24,811 nt of DNA, taken from Methanocellales archaeon (GTDB lineage: Archaea > Halobacteriota > JAWCLZ01). The translations under genes were made by a program, and so were the position numbers. The stretch spans positions 1 to 24,811 of the forward strand of contig JAWCMA010000017.1 in assembly GCA_038850285.1 (NCBI GenBank), written 5' to 3'. Shown here one piece after another: positions 6,834-20,110 of the stretch. Under the pieces are notes generated by a model. That model was not told where the DNA came from and did not search any database. It saw only the letters and a program-made list of their open reading frames with translations. Positions within the stretch are counted from its first letter, which is position 1; each line of letters starts with the position of its first letter.

Positions 6834-9800
6834 ATGGGGAATAGAAGAATACTTGCGGAAGCATATTTCACTAGAGATAAAATTGCTCAGCATCACATCG
6901 ATTCCTTCAATGCCTTCATCGACTATGGCTTGCAGAAGGTGATCGATGAACAGGGGATAATTGGCACAGATATAACTGAAGAGGGAATGGAGGGCGGGGA
7001 GGGAGGTGTTTATATCAAGCTTGGTAAAATAAGAGTGGGCAAGCCAGTTGTAAGAGAAGCAGATGGCTCAATCGAGCCCCTCTATCCCTCGGAAGCTAGA
7101 CTTAGAAATATAACTTATGCAGCGCCGATTTATCTCCAAATGAGCATTGTACGCGGGAATAGCGAGACTGAGCCCCAGGAAGTGGAAATTGGCATGCTGC
7201 CTATAATGGTTCAATCTAAAGTTTGCAATCTCTATGGCCTATCCCCAAGGGAATTGATCGAGCAAGGCGAGGATCCCATGGATCCAGGGGGGTATTTCAT
7301 CATCAATGGCACTGAACGCGTTTTAATGAGCCTAGAGGACCTAGCGCCCAATAAAATCTTAGTTGAATATAACGAGCGCTATGGCGAGAAAATAGAAGTT
7401 GCAAAGGTATTCTCCCAGAGACGCGGATATAGAGCACTAGTAATTGTTGAAAGGGGTAGAAACTCAATACTTGAAGTCTCATTCCCCTCCATCGCTGGTC
7501 GAATAAATTTCATAACCTTGGTTCGAGCCCTGGGTCTAGAGAGCGATCAAGACATTGTCAATGCCGTGAGCGATGACCCTGAGATAGCGAAGTTCATGCT
7601 TGAGAACATCGAAGAAGCTGAAGTGGAAACAACTGAAGAAGCAATTGATAAAATCGGCAAGCTAGTGGCAGCTGGTCAAGCAAGGGAGTATCAAAAGAAG
7701 CGGGCAAATTATGTTTTAGATCGCTACCTCCTCCCACACCTTGGCAATGATGAATCAAGTAGACTTGCTAAAGCCCATTACCTAGGGAGGATGGCGGAGG
7801 CTTGCTTTGAACTTGCCCTTGGAAGAAGAGGCGAGGATGATAAAGATCACTATTCCAATAAGCGCATCAAGCTCGCTGGCGATTTAATGGAAGACCTATT
7901 TAGAGTTTCCTTCAGCCGCTTAACTCAAGATATAAAATATCAACTTGAGAGAGCTAGCATGCGAAATAGAGAGCTTAATGTAAACACAGCTGTTAGAGCG
8001 GATGTTTTAACTGAGAGACTCGCTCACCCCCTTGCCACTGGCAACTGGGTTGGAGGTAGAACAGGGGTCTCTCAATTGCTTGATAGAATAGATTACATGG
8101 CAATGCTATCGCATTTAAGGCGCGTGATCTCACCCCTCTCTAGAGCCCAGCCTCATTTCGAAGCTAGAGATTTACATCCCACTCAATGGGGTAGAATTTG
8201 CCCCTCTGAAACCCCTGAAGGCCCGAACTGCGGATTAGTTAAGAACTTCGCTCAACTCGTGGAACTTTCCACTGGACTTGAAAATGAAGAGGAAATTAAA
8301 GCCGTTTTAACTCAACTTGGTGTACAGCCAATTGGAAGGGGACATGCGAGAGCAAGGGTTTTTGTAAATGGAGCTCTAGTTGGCTATCACGGCAATCCCG
8401 AGGAACTTGTGAAAGAACTCAAGAGGAAGCGTCGAAGTGGTATTTTACCAATTCAAGTTAACGTGGCATTTTTCGAGCGCACAAAAGAAGTTGTGATAAA
8501 TTCAGATAGCGGGAGAGCTAGGAGACCTTTGATAATAGTGGAAAATGGCAAGCCTAAAGTTACCGAGCAAGACCTAGAGCGCTTGAAGCGCAAGGAAATT
8601 GCCTTTGAAGACTTAGTGAGACAGGGCTTAATTGAATATCTAGATCCAGATGAAGAGGAAAATGCTTTAATTGCAGTGAATGAGGAAGACCTCACTCCAG
8701 AGCACACCCACTTGGAAATAGATCCCTCGCTTATCTTGGGAATCTGCTCTGGAATGATACCCTACCCAGAGCATAATGCCTCGCCTAGGAATACCATGGG
8801 CGCTGGAATGATAAAGCAATCCCTGGGAATGAGCACTGCTAACTGGCGTTTGAGGCCGGATACTAGAGCGCATATGCTTCACTATCCCCAGCTCCCAATA
8901 GTTAAAACTCAAACTTGCGATGCAATTAAATTCGACTTAAGACCAGCTGGACAGAATTTCGTGGTAGCAGTGCTATCTTACGAAGGCTATAATATTGAAG
9001 ATGCCTTGGTTATAAATAAAGGCTCCATAGAGCGAGGGCTGGGAAGAAGCCATTTCTTCAGAACCTACGAGGGCGAGGAGAGGCGATATCCCGGTGGTCA
9101 AGAAGATATCTTTGAAGTTCCAGATGCAGAGGTAAGAGGCGCTAGAGGCGCTGAAGCATATGCCTATTTAGATGAAGATGGCATTGTTAACCCTGAAACC
9201 GACGTTGGACCTAACGATGTTTTAATTGGCAAGACAAGTCCACCCCGCTTCTTAGAAGAGCCAACTGATCTAGGCGGCATAGCTCCGCAGGGTAGAAGGG
9301 AAACCTCCATTACCATGAGATCAAATGAAAAAGGCATCGTAGATACCGTTATCCTAACCGAAGGTGAAAATGGCTCCAGACTAGTGAAAGTGCGCACTCG
9401 AGATCAAAGAATCCCTGAACTAGGCGATAAATTTGCCTCCCGCCACGGGCAAAAAGGAGTTGTGGGATTAATTGCTCCTCAAGAAGACCTGCCATTTACC
9501 GAGCAAGGTATTGTACCGGATTTAATAATCAACCCCCACGCAATTCCCTCTAGAATGACAATTGGACACGTCCTAGAAATGATAGGGGGCAAAGTGGGCG
9601 CACTTGAAGGCAGGAGAATAGATGGCACTGCCTTCTCCGGGGAAAAGGAAGAGGAATTAAGAGCCAAGCTGAAGAAACTAGGCTTCTCCCATACAGGCAG
9701 AGAGGTAATGTACGATGGAATAACAGGCGAGAGAATAGAGGCAGATATATTCATTGGAGTGATATACTATCAAAAACTGTATCACATGGTAGCAAGTAAA

Positions 9801-10160
9801 CTCCACGCTAGATCTCGAGGACCAGTTCAAGTGCTCACTAGGCAACCAACTGAGGGTAGAGCACGGGAAGGCGGCTTGAGATTCGGGGAAATGGAGAGAG
9901 ATGTATTAGTTGGCCACGGCGCAGCTCTAGCGCTTAAGGAAAGATTGTTAGATGAAAGCGATAAAGTGGTGGAGTTGATCTGCAGTCACTGTGGAATGGT
10001 TGCTACCTTCGATAAAAGAAGGAACTATGCCTACTGCCCGAGCTGTGGAGCTGAAACGGATATTTACCCAGTGGAAATGAGCTATGCCTTCAAGCTTTTA
10101 CTTGATGAAATGAAAGCACTTGGAATAGCCCCAAGGTTAGAACTTACAGATGCAGTTTAG
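6834..10160 (+). CDS. rpoB: RNA polymerase subunit B (Rpo2), single unsplit polypeptide
   Basis: [37 protein letters not shown] and [11 protein letters not shown] all lie in one frame. Alternative GTG start at 6825. Confidence 0.98.
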   Translation: MGNRRILAEAYFTRDKIAQHHIDSFNAFIDYGLQKVIDEQGIIGTDITEEGMEGGEGGVYIKLGKIRVGKPVVREADGSIEPLYPSEARLRNITYAAPIYLQMSIVRGNSETEPQEVEIGMLPIMVQSKVCNLYGLSPRELIEQGEDPMDPGGYFIINGTERVLMSLEDLAPNKILVEYNERYGEKIEVAKVFSQRRGYRALVIVERGRNSILEVSFPSIAGRINFITLVRALGLESDQDIVNAVSDDPEIAKFMLENIEEAEVETTEEAIDKIGKLVAAGQAREYQKKRANYVLDRYLLPHLGNDESSRLAKAHYLGRMAEACFELALGRRGEDDKDHYSNKRIKLAGDLMEDLFRVSFSRLTQDIKYQLERASMRNRELNVNTAVRADVLTERLAHPLATGNWVGGRTGVSQLLDRIDYMAMLSHLRRVISPLSRAQPHFEARDLHPTQWGRICPSETPEGPNCGLVKNFAQLVELSTGLENEEEIKAVLTQLGVQPIGRGHARARVFVNGALVGYHGNPEELVKELKRKRRSGILPIQVNVAFFERTKEVVINSDSGRARRPLIIVENGKPKVTEQDLERLKRKEIAFEDLVRQGLIEYLDPDEEENALIAVNEEDLTPEHTHLEIDPSLILGICSGMIPYPEHNASPRNTMGAGMIKQSLGMSTANWRLRPDTRAHMLHYPQLPIVKTQTCDAIKFDLRPAGQNFVVAVLSYEGYNIEDALVINKGSIERGLGRSHFFRTYEGEERRYPGGQEDIFEVPDAEVRGARGAEAYAYLDEDGIVNPETDVGPNDVLIGKTSPPRFLEEPTDLGGIAPQGRRETSITMRSNEKGIVDTVILTEGENGSRLVKVRTRDQRIPELGDKFASRHGQKGVVGLIAPQEDLPFTEQGIVPDLIINPHAIPSRMTIGHVLEMIGGKVGALEGRRIDGTAFSGEKEEELRAKLKKLGFSHTGREVMYDGITGERIEADIFIGVIYYQKLYHMVASKLHARSRGPVQVLTRQPTEGRAREGGLRFGEMERDVLVGHGAALALKERLLDESDKVVELICSHCGMVATFDKRRNYAYCPSCGAETDIYPVEMSYAFKLLLDEMKALGIAPRLELTDAV

Positions 10161-10171
10161 GGGGGAAAGCA

Positions 10172-12811
10172 ATGACAAGTCCTAAGCGAATTGGTAAAAT
10201 CAAATTTGGCTTGCTCTCCCCAAAGGAAATACGCAAGATGAGTGTCACTAAAATCATAACCGCAGATACCTATGATGACGATGGCTATCCCATTGAAATG
10301 GGACTCATGGACCCAAGGCTAGGGGTAATAGACCCTGGATTAAGATGCAGAACATGCGGCGGGAGACCAGGGGAGTGCCCAGGTCACTTTGGACATATAG
10401 AGCTAGCTGCTCCAGTAATCCACGTGGGCTTCGCGCGCTTGATCCACAAGATTTTAAGGATCACCTGCAGGAGATGCGGGCGCTTGCTATTACCCGAAGA
10501 AGTTAAAAGGGAATATCTTGAGAAGATGGCTTTGATGGAGAAAATAGGCGAGAGTGTGGATGAAGTCATTAAAGATGTCTTCAAAGACGCTAGAAGATCA
10601 AACATCTGCCCCCACTGCGGCGAGCCTCAGCTTGAGATCAAATTTGAAAAGCCAACTGGCTACATAGAAGATGCCCATAAGTTAATGCCAGCTGATGTAC
10701 GCGATCGCTTAGAGAGAATACCAGATGAAGATGTAAGAGTCTTTGGAATGGATCCCAAAAATGCTAGGCCTGAGTGGATGATTTTAACAGTACTCCCCGT
10801 ACCACCAGTTACCACTCGCCCCTCAATTACCCTTGAAAGCGGCCAGCGCTCAGAAGATGACCTTACCCATAAACTTGTGGATATAATTAGAATTAACCAG
10901 AGATTTCAAGAGAATCGCGAGGTAGGCGCCCCTCAATTGATAATTGAAGACCTCTGGGAGCTACTGCAATATCACGTGACCACTTTTCTAGATAACGAAG
11001 TATCAGGGGTTCCACCAGCTAGACATAGATCCGGCAGGCCGCTTAAAACCCTCTCCCAGCGTTTAAAGGGAAAGGAAGGGCGCTTCAGAGGCTCCCTCTC
11101 AGGCAAGCGCGTGAATTTCTCCGCTCGCACCGTTATCTCTCCTGATCCAAATTTAAGCATAAATGAAGTGGGCGTGCCAGTGAGAATTGCAAAGGAAATG
11201 ACCATACCCATTCACGTTACCGCGAGAAACATAGATGATGTAAGAGAATATGTCCGCAGAGGACCTGAGAATCACCCTGGGGCAAATTATGTCACCCGCT
11301 TAGATGGAAGAAGAGTTAAGGTAACGGAGAAGAACTGTGAAGAACTTGCTCAAAGCCTAGAAGTTGGATGGATGGTGGATAGGCAGCTGAAAGATGGAGA
11401 TATAGTGCTATTTAACCGCCAGCCCTCACTGCATAGAATGAGCATAATGGCACATAGAGTTAAAGTCATGCCCTATAAAACCTTTAGAATCAATCCAGCG
11501 GTTTGCCCCCCTTACAATGCCGATTTCGATGGTGATGAAATGAACTTGCATGTGCCTCAAACCGAGGAAGCTAGAGCTGAGGCGAAGATTTTGATGATGG
11601 TGGAGGAAAACCTACTCTCCCCTAGATTCGGCGGGCCTATAATAGGAGGGATCCACGATCACATCTCAGGCTTATATTTAATTACTAGAGGGGAAACCCA
11701 ATTTGATGAAAACACCGCGCTGGAATTACTTAGAAAGACCAAGATAAAAAAACTCCCCAAGCCAGCTGGAGTTAAAGATGGCAAGCCCTATTGGACTGGC
11801 AAGCAAATTTTCAGCTTGCTTCTCCCTAAGGATTTGAATTTAACTTATAAAGCAGAGGTATGTGTTGATTGCGAGGTATGCAAAAAAGAGCAGTGCGAGC
11901 GCGATGCATATGTGGTGATAAAGAATGGCCAGCTTAAATATGGCACTATAGATGAAAAAGCCGTAGGGGCATTCACTGGGCATATACTCGATAGAATAAT
12001 AAAGGAATATGGAGCTCAAGTTGCCAAGGAATTTCTAGACAATGCCACTAGACTAGCTATTAGAAGCATAATGCACTTTGGATTCAGCTTCGGTATTAGC
12101 GATGAAGATATCCCCAGGGAAGCTCAAACTCAAATCGCTGAGGTAATTAATAAAACTGAGGAAAAAGTGCATGCATTGATAAAAGCCTATGAAGCAGGAG
12201 AGCTAGATGCCCTGCCTGGTAGAACCCTTGATGAAACCCTTGAGATGAAGATAATGCAAGAACTAGGGAGAGCTAGAGATCAAGCTGGCTCAATCGCCGG
12301 GCGCTACCTTGGCTTAAATAATTCCGCGGTGATAATGGCAGTATCAGGAGCTAGAGGCTCAATGCTCAATTTAACCCAAATGTCCGCTTGCGTTGGACAG
12401 CAATCTGTGCGGGGAGAGCGCATTTCAAGAGGCTATGAAATTCGAACTCTGCCTCACTTTAAAAAGGGAGATAGAGGTGCTGAGGCAAGGGGCTTCGTTA
12501 AATCAAGTTATAAAAAAGGGCTATCTCCAACTGAGTTCTTCTTCCACGCAATGGGTGGAAGAGAGGGACTAGTGGACACAGCGGTTAGAACCTCTCAATC
12601 GGGCTATCTCCAGAGGCGATTGATCAATGCCTTGCAGGACTTAGAAGTTAAATACGATGGCACAGTTAGAGAAACAGGCGGTACAATTGTTCAATTCATA
12701 TATGGTGAAGATGGCGTGGATCCAAGTAAAAGTGACTATGGGAAGCCTGTGAATGTTAAGAGAATAATTGAAAACATATTAGGCACGAGGGTGAAATATG
12801 AAGCTGCTTGA
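10172..12811 (+). CDS. rpoA1: RNA polymerase subunit A' (Rpo1N)
   Basis: Catalytic [10 protein letters not shown] motif; [10 protein letters not shown]. Confidence 0.99.
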   Translation: MTSPKRIGKIKFGLLSPKEIRKMSVTKIITADTYDDDGYPIEMGLMDPRLGVIDPGLRCRTCGGRPGECPGHFGHIELAAPVIHVGFARLIHKILRITCRRCGRLLLPEEVKREYLEKMALMEKIGESVDEVIKDVFKDARRSNICPHCGEPQLEIKFEKPTGYIEDAHKLMPADVRDRLERIPDEDVRVFGMDPKNARPEWMILTVLPVPPVTTRPSITLESGQRSEDDLTHKLVDIIRINQRFQENREVGAPQLIIEDLWELLQYHVTTFLDNEVSGVPPARHRSGRPLKTLSQRLKGKEGRFRGSLSGKRVNFSARTVISPDPNLSINEVGVPVRIAKEMTIPIHVTARNIDDVREYVRRGPENHPGANYVTRLDGRRVKVTEKNCEELAQSLEVGWMVDRQLKDGDIVLFNRQPSLHRMSIMAHRVKVMPYKTFRINPAVCPPYNADFDGDEMNLHVPQTEEARAEAKILMMVEENLLSPRFGGPIIGGIHDHISGLYLITRGETQFDENTALELLRKTKIKKLPKPAGVKDGKPYWTGKQIFSLLLPKDLNLTYKAEVCVDCEVCKKEQCERDAYVVIKNGQLKYGTIDEKAVGAFTGHILDRIIKEYGAQVAKEFLDNATRLAIRSIMHFGFSFGISDEDIPREAQTQIAEVINKTEEKVHALIKAYEAGELDALPGRTLDETLEMKIMQELGRARDQAGSIAGRYLGLNNSAVIMAVSGARGSMLNLTQMSACVGQQSVRGERISRGYEIRTLPHFKKGDRGAEARGFVKSSYKKGLSPTEFFFHAMGGREGLVDTAVRTSQSGYLQRRLINALQDLEVKYDGTVRETGGTIVQFIYGEDGVDPSKSDYGKPVNVKRIIENILGTRVKYEAA

Positions 12812-14003
12812 GAAAAAAATCGCAGAAGTTGAACTGCCTGAAAGCATAAAGCAAGAGATAATTGAAACCTTAAATGGAATTGAAGTCAGCGCTGAAGAGA
12901 TAGATGAAATATTGCGCAAAACAGTTGAAGCCTATGAAAAAGCAAAGGTGGAGGCATGTGAAGCAGTGGGAACAGTAGCGGCGCAATCCATAGGTGAGCC
13001 AGGAACCCAGATGACGATGAGAACATTTCACTACGCAGGTGTAGCGGAAATAGATGTTACCCTAGGTTTGCCTAGATTAATTGAAATCTTAGATGCAAGA
13101 AAGGAGCCCTCTACCCCTATGATGAATATAAAATTAAGAGGAGAATACGCTAAGGATAGAGATAAAGTGAGAGAACTCGCTTGGGAAATAGAAGCTACGA
13201 ATATTCTTGACATAGGCAGCATTGAAACTGATCTCAATGAAATGAAAGTGGTGATCAAGCTCAATGAACGCGCTCTAGATCAGAGGAAGATAAAGCCAGA
13301 GTATGTTAAAGAGAGAATAGAAGCTGGAATCGCTTTAGAGGTAAAACTAGAAGGAAAAACCTTAAACTTAGCTCCTGAAAAGCCCTCTTATCGCGATTTG
13401 CTTCAATTGATTGAAAAAATAAAGCGCATTACCATAAAAGGGATAGATGGAATTAAAAGAGTGGTGATAAGAAAAGAGGGAGAAGAATATACTTTATATA
13501 CAGAGGGCTCCGCTCTTGAATATCTAATTTATCCGGAGAAAGCAGTTAAAGCAAAGAAGCTCACTAGTGAAGCAGCTAAGATAATAGCTGAAGGCGTAGA
13601 TCCAAGTAGAACCACTTCAAACAATATCAATGAAATCGCAGAGGTACTTGGCATAGAAGCTGCGAGAAATGCCATTATTCGAGAAGCCACTGAAACTCTG
13701 AGAGAGCAAGGCTTAGACGTGGATATTCGCCATATCATGCTAGTAGCGGATATCATGACCGTTGATGGCAAGGTGAAGCAAATAGGGAGACATGGAGTAG
13801 CGGGGGAAAAGGCAAGTGTTTTCTCAAGAGCAGCTTTCGAGGTAACTGTGAATCACTTGCTCGATGCCGCGGTTCGAGGAGATGTAGATGAACTTGCAGG
13901 TGTAACTGAAAATGTCATAGTAGGCCAGCCTATTCAACTAGGCACAGGTAGCGTTACATTGATAGCAAAGCATGAGCCGCGTATAACAAAGGGGGAGGGA
14001 TGA
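12798..14003 (+). CDS. rpoA2: RNA polymerase subunit A'' (Rpo1C)
   Basis: [21 protein letters not shown]; [10 protein letters not shown]. Confidence 0.98.
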   Translation: MKLLEKKIAEVELPESIKQEIIETLNGIEVSAEEIDEILRKTVEAYEKAKVEACEAVGTVAAQSIGEPGTQMTMRTFHYAGVAEIDVTLGLPRLIEILDARKEPSTPMMNIKLRGEYAKDRDKVRELAWEIEATNILDIGSIETDLNEMKVVIKLNERALDQRKIKPEYVKERIEAGIALEVKLEGKTLNLAPEKPSYRDLLQLIEKIKRITIKGIDGIKRVVIRKEGEEYTLYTEGSALEYLIYPEKAVKAKKLTSEAAKIIAEGVDPSRTTSNNINEIAEVLGIEAARNAIIREATETLREQGLDVDIRHIMLVADIMTVDGKVKQIGRHGVAGEKASVFSRAAFEVTVNHLLDAAVRGDVDELAGVTENVIVGQPIQLGTGSVTLIAKHEPRITKGEG

Positions 14004-14004
14004 A

Positions 14005-14295
14005 TTGGAATTAAATCGCGCCTTGCAAACTGCAATTAAAACCGGTAATGTAAAGATAGGCTCGAGGGAAACAATTAAAGTTGCTTTAAAAGGGGAGGCA
14101 AAGCTGGTAATTTTAGCTAAAAATTGTCCGGTGAAGATAAGAAATCAACTTAAGGAACTTAAATTACCTATATATGAATATCCCGGGCAAAGCCCAGACC
14201 TAGGATTAGCCTGCGGCTTACCCTATACAATTACTGCATTAGCGATAATTGAGCCCGGGGAATCTGAGATTTTAAGTTTATTAAGAGGTGCATAG
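14005..14295 (+). CDS. rpl30e: 50S ribosomal protein L30e
   Basis: AIKTGNVKIG...LGLACG...IIEPGESEI; conserved operon position; TTG start. Confidence 0.96.
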   Translation: MELNRALQTAIKTGNVKIGSRETIKVALKGEAKLVILAKNCPVKIRNQLKELKLPIYEYPGQSPDLGLACGLPYTITALAIIEPGESEILSLLRGA

Positions 14296-14724
14296 ATGGA
14301 GCTGAAACTCACTACTGAATGCATAAGATATATTGCCTTATTCGAAAGCTTAACTGGAGCTAGAGCTATAGATTGCATAATCGATGAGGCAAATGATCGC
14401 GTGATATTTGTGGTGAGAAAGGGAGATATGGGCTTAGCAATTGGAAAGAAGGGGAGTAATATTAATAGGGTGAAGAAAGTGATAGGCAGAGAAGTGGAAA
14501 TAGTGGAGTATTCTGAGAATCCTGAGGAATTCATCTGCAATGCCTTGCTGCCAGTTGTGGCTAAGAAGATTAATTTAGTGAGCAGGCAAAACAAGCGATT
14601 AGCTTATGTAGAAGTTCCTCCTAAAGATAAAGGTCTTGCAATAGGAAAGAACGGCCGCAATATAAATAAAGCCAAACTCCTAGCTCAAAGACATTATAAT
14701 TTAAGTGATATTATAATTCAATGA
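14296..14724 (+). CDS. nusA: Archaeal NusA (KH domains)
   Basis: Two KH GxxG loops: GLAIGKKG and GLAIGKNG. Confidence 0.96.
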   Translation: MELKLTTECIRYIALFESLTGARAIDCIIDEANDRVIFVVRKGDMGLAIGKKGSNINRVKKVIGREVEIVEYSENPEEFICNALLPVVAKKINLVSRQNKRLAYVEVPPKDKGLAIGKNGRNINKAKLLAQRHYNLSDIIIQ

Positions 14725-14739
14725 ATTGAGGTGGAAATC

Positions 14740-15168
14740 GTGGCCACGGGAATGTTCGCCGCTAGAAAGCTCAATAGAGATAGACAGAAATATAGATGGA
14801 GCGAGCGCAGCTACAAGCGCAGAATGCTTAGATTAGATGAAAAAGCAGATCCACTAGAAGGCTCCCCCCAAGGAAGGGGAATTGTGCTCGAAAAAGTTGG
14901 AATCGAAGCCAAGCAGCCTAATTCAGCCATTAGAAAAGCAATTAGAATTCAATTGATCAAAAACGGCCGCCAGCTAACTGCCTTTTGCCCAGGGGATGGA
15001 GCCATAAATTTCATAGATGAACATGATGAAGTCATCGTGGAAGGACTCGGGGGGCGAAAGGGTAGAAGCATGGGCGATATCTCAGGGGTGAGATTTAAAG
15101 TGATAGCTGTAAACAATACCTCTCTCGATGAATTAGTAAGAGGGAGAAAAGAGAAACCAGTGAGGTGA
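14740..15168 (+). CDS. rps12: 30S ribosomal protein S12 (uS12)
   Basis: [18 protein letters not shown]; GTG start after GAGGTGG. Confidence 0.97.
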   Translation: MATGMFAARKLNRDRQKYRWSERSYKRRMLRLDEKADPLEGSPQGRGIVLEKVGIEAKQPNSAIRKAIRIQLIKNGRQLTAFCPGDGAINFIDEHDEVIVEGLGGRKGRSMGDISGVRFKVIAVNNTSLDELVRGRKEKPVR

Positions 15169-15172
15169 GCAA

Positions 15173-15739
15173 TTGGCCGAGGTAAAGATATTTGGGAAAT
15201 GGGATGCCTCTCAAATTCAAATCACAGATCCCAGTCTAAAGCGATATGTAAATCTAAGTGCCCCTTTAGTGCTGCATTCAAGTGGCAGACACGCTAAGAA
15301 ACCCTTTGGAAAGGCAGAAGTGCCCATAGTTGAGAGGCTAATCAATAAAATGATGCGGGGGGAGGATAACACTGGTAAAAAACTCAAGGCCTATAATATA
15401 GTTAAAAAAGCATTTGAAATCATAAATAAAAAAACCGGCCAAAATCCAGTGGCAATGCTCATAAAGGCAATTGAAAATGCAGGACCTAGGGAGGAAACAG
15501 TTAGATTGAAGTATGGGGGAATAATGGTACCTAAAGCAGTTGATACCGCTCCAATGCGCAGAGTAGATCAAGCTTTGATGTTCCTAGCTCAAGCTGCAGA
15601 ACAAGCTTCATTTAAAAATAGCCGAAGAATAGAGGAATGCCTAGCTTCTGAGATAATAGCTGCAGCTAATTATGATGTGAAAAGCTCAGCGATAAGTAGA
15701 AAGGATGAAAAAGAACGCATAGCCAAAGCTGCCCGGTGA
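15173..15739 (+). CDS. rps7: 30S ribosomal protein S7 (uS7)
   Basis: [26 protein letters not shown]. Confidence 0.97.
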   Translation: MAEVKIFGKWDASQIQITDPSLKRYVNLSAPLVLHSSGRHAKKPFGKAEVPIVERLINKMMRGEDNTGKKLKAYNIVKKAFEIINKKTGQNPVAMLIKAIENAGPREETVRLKYGGIMVPKAVDTAPMRRVDQALMFLAQAAEQASFKNSRRIEECLASEIIAAANYDVKSSAISRKDEKERIAKAAR

Positions 15740-15744
15740 GACAT

Positions 15745-17931
15745 ATGGGAAGAAGAGAGCGAATGGTTGCCTCGGCAAGAAAGCTCATGGACCAGCCTGA
15801 GAAAATTAGAAACATATGCACAATAGCTCATATAGACCACGGTAAAACAACCCTTTCAGACAACTTAATAGCTGGCGCAGGCATAATTTCAATGGAACTC
15901 GCTGCTCAGCAGTTGGTTTTAGACTTCGATGAAATGGAACAAGCCCGCGGGATAACTATAAATGCAGCGAACATCTCAATGGTGCACGAAGTCGAGGGAG
16001 AGGAATACCTCATTAACTTAATAGATACCCCAGGGCACGTTGATTTCGGAGGGGATGTAACTAGAGCAATGCGAGCTGTGGATGGCGCGATCGTACTCGT
16101 TGACGCGGTTGAGGGGGTAATGCCTCAAACTGAAACCGTGCTCAGGCAAGCGCTTCGAGAGGGAGTAAAGCCAATTTTATTCATAAATAAGGTTGATCGC
16201 TTGATAAATGAGCTTAAACTAAGCCCTCAGGAGATGCAAATACGCCTGGGCAAAATCATCGATGGCGTTAATAAGCTTATAAAGGGAATGAGCCCGCAGA
16301 GGTATAGCCAAGGCTGGAGGGTTGATGCCTCTCAAGGCACAGTTGCCTTTGGCTCTGCAAAATATAAATGGGGAATCTCAGTGCCATATATGCAGAGGAG
16401 CAAACTCACTTTTAAGGAAATCTATGAATATTGCAAGAGCGGTAGAATGGATGAACTCTCTAAGCTCGACCCGCTATATATCGTAGTTCTAGATATGGTT
16501 GTAAAGCAACTGCCTAATCCAATTGAAGCGCAGAAAAGTAGAATTCCAATCATCTGGAAAGGAGATCTCAATAGCGAGATAGGCAAAGCAATGCTCAATT
16601 GCGATCGCAATGGCCCAATTGCATTTATGGTAACCGATATAGTTTATGATCCCCACGCAGGTGAAGTGGCAGTTGGCCGCTTATTCAGCGGTACTTTAAC
16701 TAGAGGAGTGCAGCTTCACATCTCAGGCACGCATTTTATAGAAAGAGTGCAGCAAGTCTCGCTATTCATGGGCGGGGATAGAGAGGAAGTTGAATCAATA
16801 CCCGCTGGTAACATAGCTGCTGTAACTGGTTTAAGGCAAGCAATAGTTGGCACAACTGCTTCCTCTATAAAAATGACCCCATTTGAAAGCATCAAGCACT
16901 ATAGCGAGCCAGTTATGACGGTAGCGATTGAAGCTAAGAATACCAAAGATCTGCCTAAATTAATTGAAGTATTGAGACAGCTCTCCAAGGAAGATCCCAC
17001 TTTGCAAGTGCAAATAGATGAAGAAACTGGTGAGCATTTAATGTCTGGAATGGGAGAGCTGCATCTTGAGATTAAAGCCGCTTTAATAGAGAGAGACTGG
17101 AAGATACCTATAACAACTTCCACACCAATAGTGGTATATAGAGAAAGCGTTAAAGCAGCCTCACCCCCAGTTGAAGGTAAATCCCCTAATAGACACAATC
17201 GCTTTTACATCACCGTTGAACCCCTGGGAGATAAAATCGTGGAGCTAATTAAACTGGGTGAGGTTTCAAATACAATGCAAGAGCTGGAGCGAAGGAAAGT
17301 TTTAATTGAAGCGGGAATGGACAAAGAAGAAGCTAAAAATGTAGTGGAAATCTTCGGTACAAATATGTTCCTCAACATGACTAAGGGCATTCAATATCTC
17401 GCTGAAACAATGGAACTCATATTAGAGGGCTTCCACGAGGCAATGAGAAATGGACCGCTTACTAGAGAACCCTGTCAAGGTATAAAGGTCAAACTAGTGG
17501 ATGTTAAGCTACATGAAGATGCGGTTCATCGAGGACCAGCGCAAGTAATTCCAGCTGTTAGGCAAGCTTGCCACGCAGCAATATTGCTAGCGGATCCAGT
17601 TATACTCGAGCCAATTCAAAAAGTAACCATCTTCGTGCCTGAGAGATACCTGGGGAATTCTACTTCAGAGATTCAAGGTAGAAGAGGCCAAGTTTATGAA
17701 ATTAGAAGCGAGGGAGATATAAGTGTAATCGTAGCTCTAGCTCCCGTGTCAGAGCTCTTTGGCTTCGCAGGAGATATAAGAAGTGCAACTGAGGGCAGGG
17801 CAATTTGGAATACTGAAAACGCTGGCTTCGCATCAATTCCACCGAGTTTGCAGCTTGAAGTTATAAGGAAGATAAGGCAGAGGAAGGGCTTGAAGGCAGA
17901 GCTTCCTAAACCCAGTGACTTCGTGGATTGA
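15745..17931 (+). CDS. fusA: Elongation factor 2
   Basis: [26 protein letters not shown]. The diphthamide loop LHEDAVHRG is intact. Confidence 0.99.
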   Translation: MGRRERMVASARKLMDQPEKIRNICTIAHIDHGKTTLSDNLIAGAGIISMELAAQQLVLDFDEMEQARGITINAANISMVHEVEGEEYLINLIDTPGHVDFGGDVTRAMRAVDGAIVLVDAVEGVMPQTETVLRQALREGVKPILFINKVDRLINELKLSPQEMQIRLGKIIDGVNKLIKGMSPQRYSQGWRVDASQGTVAFGSAKYKWGISVPYMQRSKLTFKEIYEYCKSGRMDELSKLDPLYIVVLDMVVKQLPNPIEAQKSRIPIIWKGDLNSEIGKAMLNCDRNGPIAFMVTDIVYDPHAGEVAVGRLFSGTLTRGVQLHISGTHFIERVQQVSLFMGGDREEVESIPAGNIAAVTGLRQAIVGTTASSIKMTPFESIKHYSEPVMTVAIEAKNTKDLPKLIEVLRQLSKEDPTLQVQIDEETGEHLMSGMGELHLEIKAALIERDWKIPITTSTPIVVYRESVKAASPPVEGKSPNRHNRFYITVEPLGDKIVELIKLGEVSNTMQELERRKVLIEAGMDKEEAKNVVEIFGTNMFLNMTKGIQYLAETMELILEGFHEAMRNGPLTREPCQGIKVKLVDVKLHEDAVHRGPAQVIPAVRQACHAAILLADPVILEPIQKVTIFVPERYLGNSTSEIQGRRGQVYEIRSEGDISVIVALAPVSELFGFAGDIRSATEGRAIWNTENAGFASIPPSLQLEVIRKIRQRKGLKAELPKPSDFVD

Positions 17932-17992
17932 TAGAAAAAATTAAGTCTAAAAATGTCAATTTAAGGTGAAAGATGAAATTGGAGGAATTGAA

Positions 17993-19270
17993 ATGGCGGA
18001 AAAACCACATATGAACTTAGCAACTTTGGGACATGTTGATCACGGTAAGTCAACAATTGTAGGTAGATTGCTATATGAAACTGGTATTATTCCTGACCAT
18101 ATAATCGAAGCATATCGAAAGGAAGCAGAAGCGAAGGGTAAAGCCACATTTGAATATGCTTGGGTAATGGATTCCTTAAAGGAAGAGCGTGAAAGAGGTT
18201 TAACCATAGATATAGCTCATCAAAAATTTGTAACCGATAATTACTACTTCACCATCGTGGACTGTCCTGGGCACAGAGACTTCGTGAAGAATATGATAAC
18301 AGGAGCATCACAGGCAGATGCAGCTTTACTCGTGGTAAGCGCGGCTGAAGGCGAAGGAGTGCAGCCTCAAACCAGAGAGCATGTTTTTCTAGCTAGAACC
18401 CTTGGGATAAATCAACTTATAGTTGCCATCAATAAAATGGATTTAGTTAACTATGGGGAAGCGAGATATAAACAAGTGAAGGAGGATGTAACCAAGCTTT
18501 TGAAAACAGTTGGGTATAAAATCGAGGAAATTCCATTCATACCCTGCTCAGGATTAAAAGGCGGGAATATCTTCAAGCGCAGCGAGAAAATGCCTTGGTA
18601 CACTGGGCCCACTTTGCTTGAGGCATTTAACAAATTAAAGCTGCCTGAGAAACCAGTGCATCTACCCCTTCGAGTGCCAGTTCAAGATGTTTACTCCATC
18701 TCAGGCGTGGGCACTGTTCCAGTGGGAAGAGTTGAAACAGGCAAAATGAAGAAAGGCGATAAAGTAATATTTATGCCAGCGAATGTGGGAGGAGAAGTTA
18801 GATCCATTGAAATGCACCATGAAGAGATTTTGGAAGCGGTGCCCGGCGATAATATAGGTTGGAATGTTCGTGGAATTAGCAAAACAGATATAAGAAGAGG
18901 AGATGTATGTGGTCACTCTGATAATCCACCCACAGTTGCAGAGGAATTCACTGCTCAAGTAGTTGTACTTCAACATCCCTCTGCAATTACAGCTGGCTAT
19001 ACCCCTGTTTTCCACTGCCACACTGCGCAAGTGGCTTGTACCATAACTGAGTTGAAGAAGAAACTAGACCCCAAGACTGGCGCTGTGAAGGAGGAAAACC
19101 CAGCTTTCCTTAAAACTGGAGATGCAGCAGTGGTGCAAGTGAGACCAACTAGACCGCTTGCAATTGAGAAAGTAAAGGACTTCCCGCCCCTAGGTAGATT
19201 TGCAATTAGAGATATGGGCACGACCATTGCAGCTGGAATGTGCATCGATGTGAAAAAGAAAGTGTATTAA
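17993..19270 (+). CDS. tuf: Elongation factor 1-alpha
   Basis: [21 protein letters not shown]; ATG after GGAGG. Confidence 0.99.
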   Translation: MAEKPHMNLATLGHVDHGKSTIVGRLLYETGIIPDHIIEAYRKEAEAKGKATFEYAWVMDSLKEERERGLTIDIAHQKFVTDNYYFTIVDCPGHRDFVKNMITGASQADAALLVVSAAEGEGVQPQTREHVFLARTLGINQLIVAINKMDLVNYGEARYKQVKEDVTKLLKTVGYKIEEIPFIPCSGLKGGNIFKRSEKMPWYTGPTLLEAFNKLKLPEKPVHLPLRVPVQDVYSISGVGTVPVGRVETGKMKKGDKVIFMPANVGGEVRSIEMHHEEILEAVPGDNIGWNVRGISKTDIRRGDVCGHSDNPPTVAEEFTAQVVVLQHPSAITAGYTPVFHCHTAQVACTITELKKKLDPKTGAVKEENPAFLKTGDAAVVQVRPTRPLAIEKVKDFPPLGRFAIRDMGTTIAAGMCIDVKKKVY

Positions 19271-19272
19271 AT

Positions 19273-19584
19273 ATGGCTCAGCGAGCTAGAATTAGACTAT
19301 CGGGCACGAGCCCTGATAAACTTGAGGAAATCTGCAAGCAAGTGAAGCAAATTGCAGAGAGAACAGGTGTTAATATCCACGGCCCTGTACCGCTTCCCAC
19401 CAAGCGCTTGATTGTACCCGTGCGCAAAAGCCCAGATGGCGAAGGCTCAGCTACTTTTGATCACTGGGAAATGCGGGTGCACAAGCGCTTGATAGATATA
19501 GATGCAGATGAACGCGCTTTAAGGCAATTGATGCGCATTCAAGTACCAAAAGATGTAAATATTGAAATTGTACTCGAAAGCTAA
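19273..19584 (+). CDS. rps10: 30S ribosomal protein S10 (uS10)
   Basis: [26 protein letters not shown]. Confidence 0.98.
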   Translation: MAQRARIRLSGTSPDKLEEICKQVKQIAERTGVNIHGPVPLPTKRLIVPVRKSPDGEGSATFDHWEMRVHKRLIDIDADERALRQLMRIQVPKDVNIEIVLES

Positions 19585-19624
19585 TCAAATATAAATATAA
19601 TTAAATTTAATTAATTTAATTTAA

Positions 19625-20110
19625 ATGATCTCTCGCAAGATCTACTCCCGCTGGATGGAGAGAAATCAAAAGAAGAAGATAGCTCAAATCCTAGAGATCA
19701 TTTATGCAACTGGCAGAATCCTGGATATAGGCTCAGGACCTGGTTTTTTAGAGGAAAGTTTGCCTAGTGCTATTGCACTGGATATAGATCTCGAGAATTT
19801 GAAAAAAGTTAAAGGAAGAAATAAAATTCTTGCAAGTGGAGATTTTCTCCCTTTTAAATCTAACACTATAGATGTAGTATTCTGCATCGACAGCGTGCAT
19901 CTATTGAGGAGTACCAATGAAATTAAGCGAATACTGCGATCAAATGGCCTGGCAGTTATAACCATGTTTTGCAATGAATATAACCAAAAAGAGAGATCAA
20001 ATTACCTTAGAAAACTCCTCTCAAATTTAAAGATAGAGAAGATATTCATCGTGGAAGGGGAAAATGAGCTAGATGCAGTTGCACTCTGCAGAAAAGTCAT
20101 TAGTTATTAA
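19625..20110 (+). CDS. Class I SAM-dependent methyltransferase
   Basis: ILDIGSGPG (motif I), ALDID, LPFKSNTIDVVF. Confidence 0.85.
   Translation: MISRKIYSRWMERNQKKKIAQILEIIYATGRILDIGSGPGFLEESLPSAIALDIDLENLKKVKGRNKILASGDFLPFKSNTIDVVFCIDSVHLLRSTNEIKRILRSNGLAVITMFCNEYNQKERSNYLRKLLSNLKIEKIFIVEGENELDAVALCRKVISY

Noticed and set aside
6834-19270. Inteins in RpoB, RpoA1, RpoA2 or the elongation factors
   Set aside because: Lengths are normal, with no large insertions or intein-like ends.
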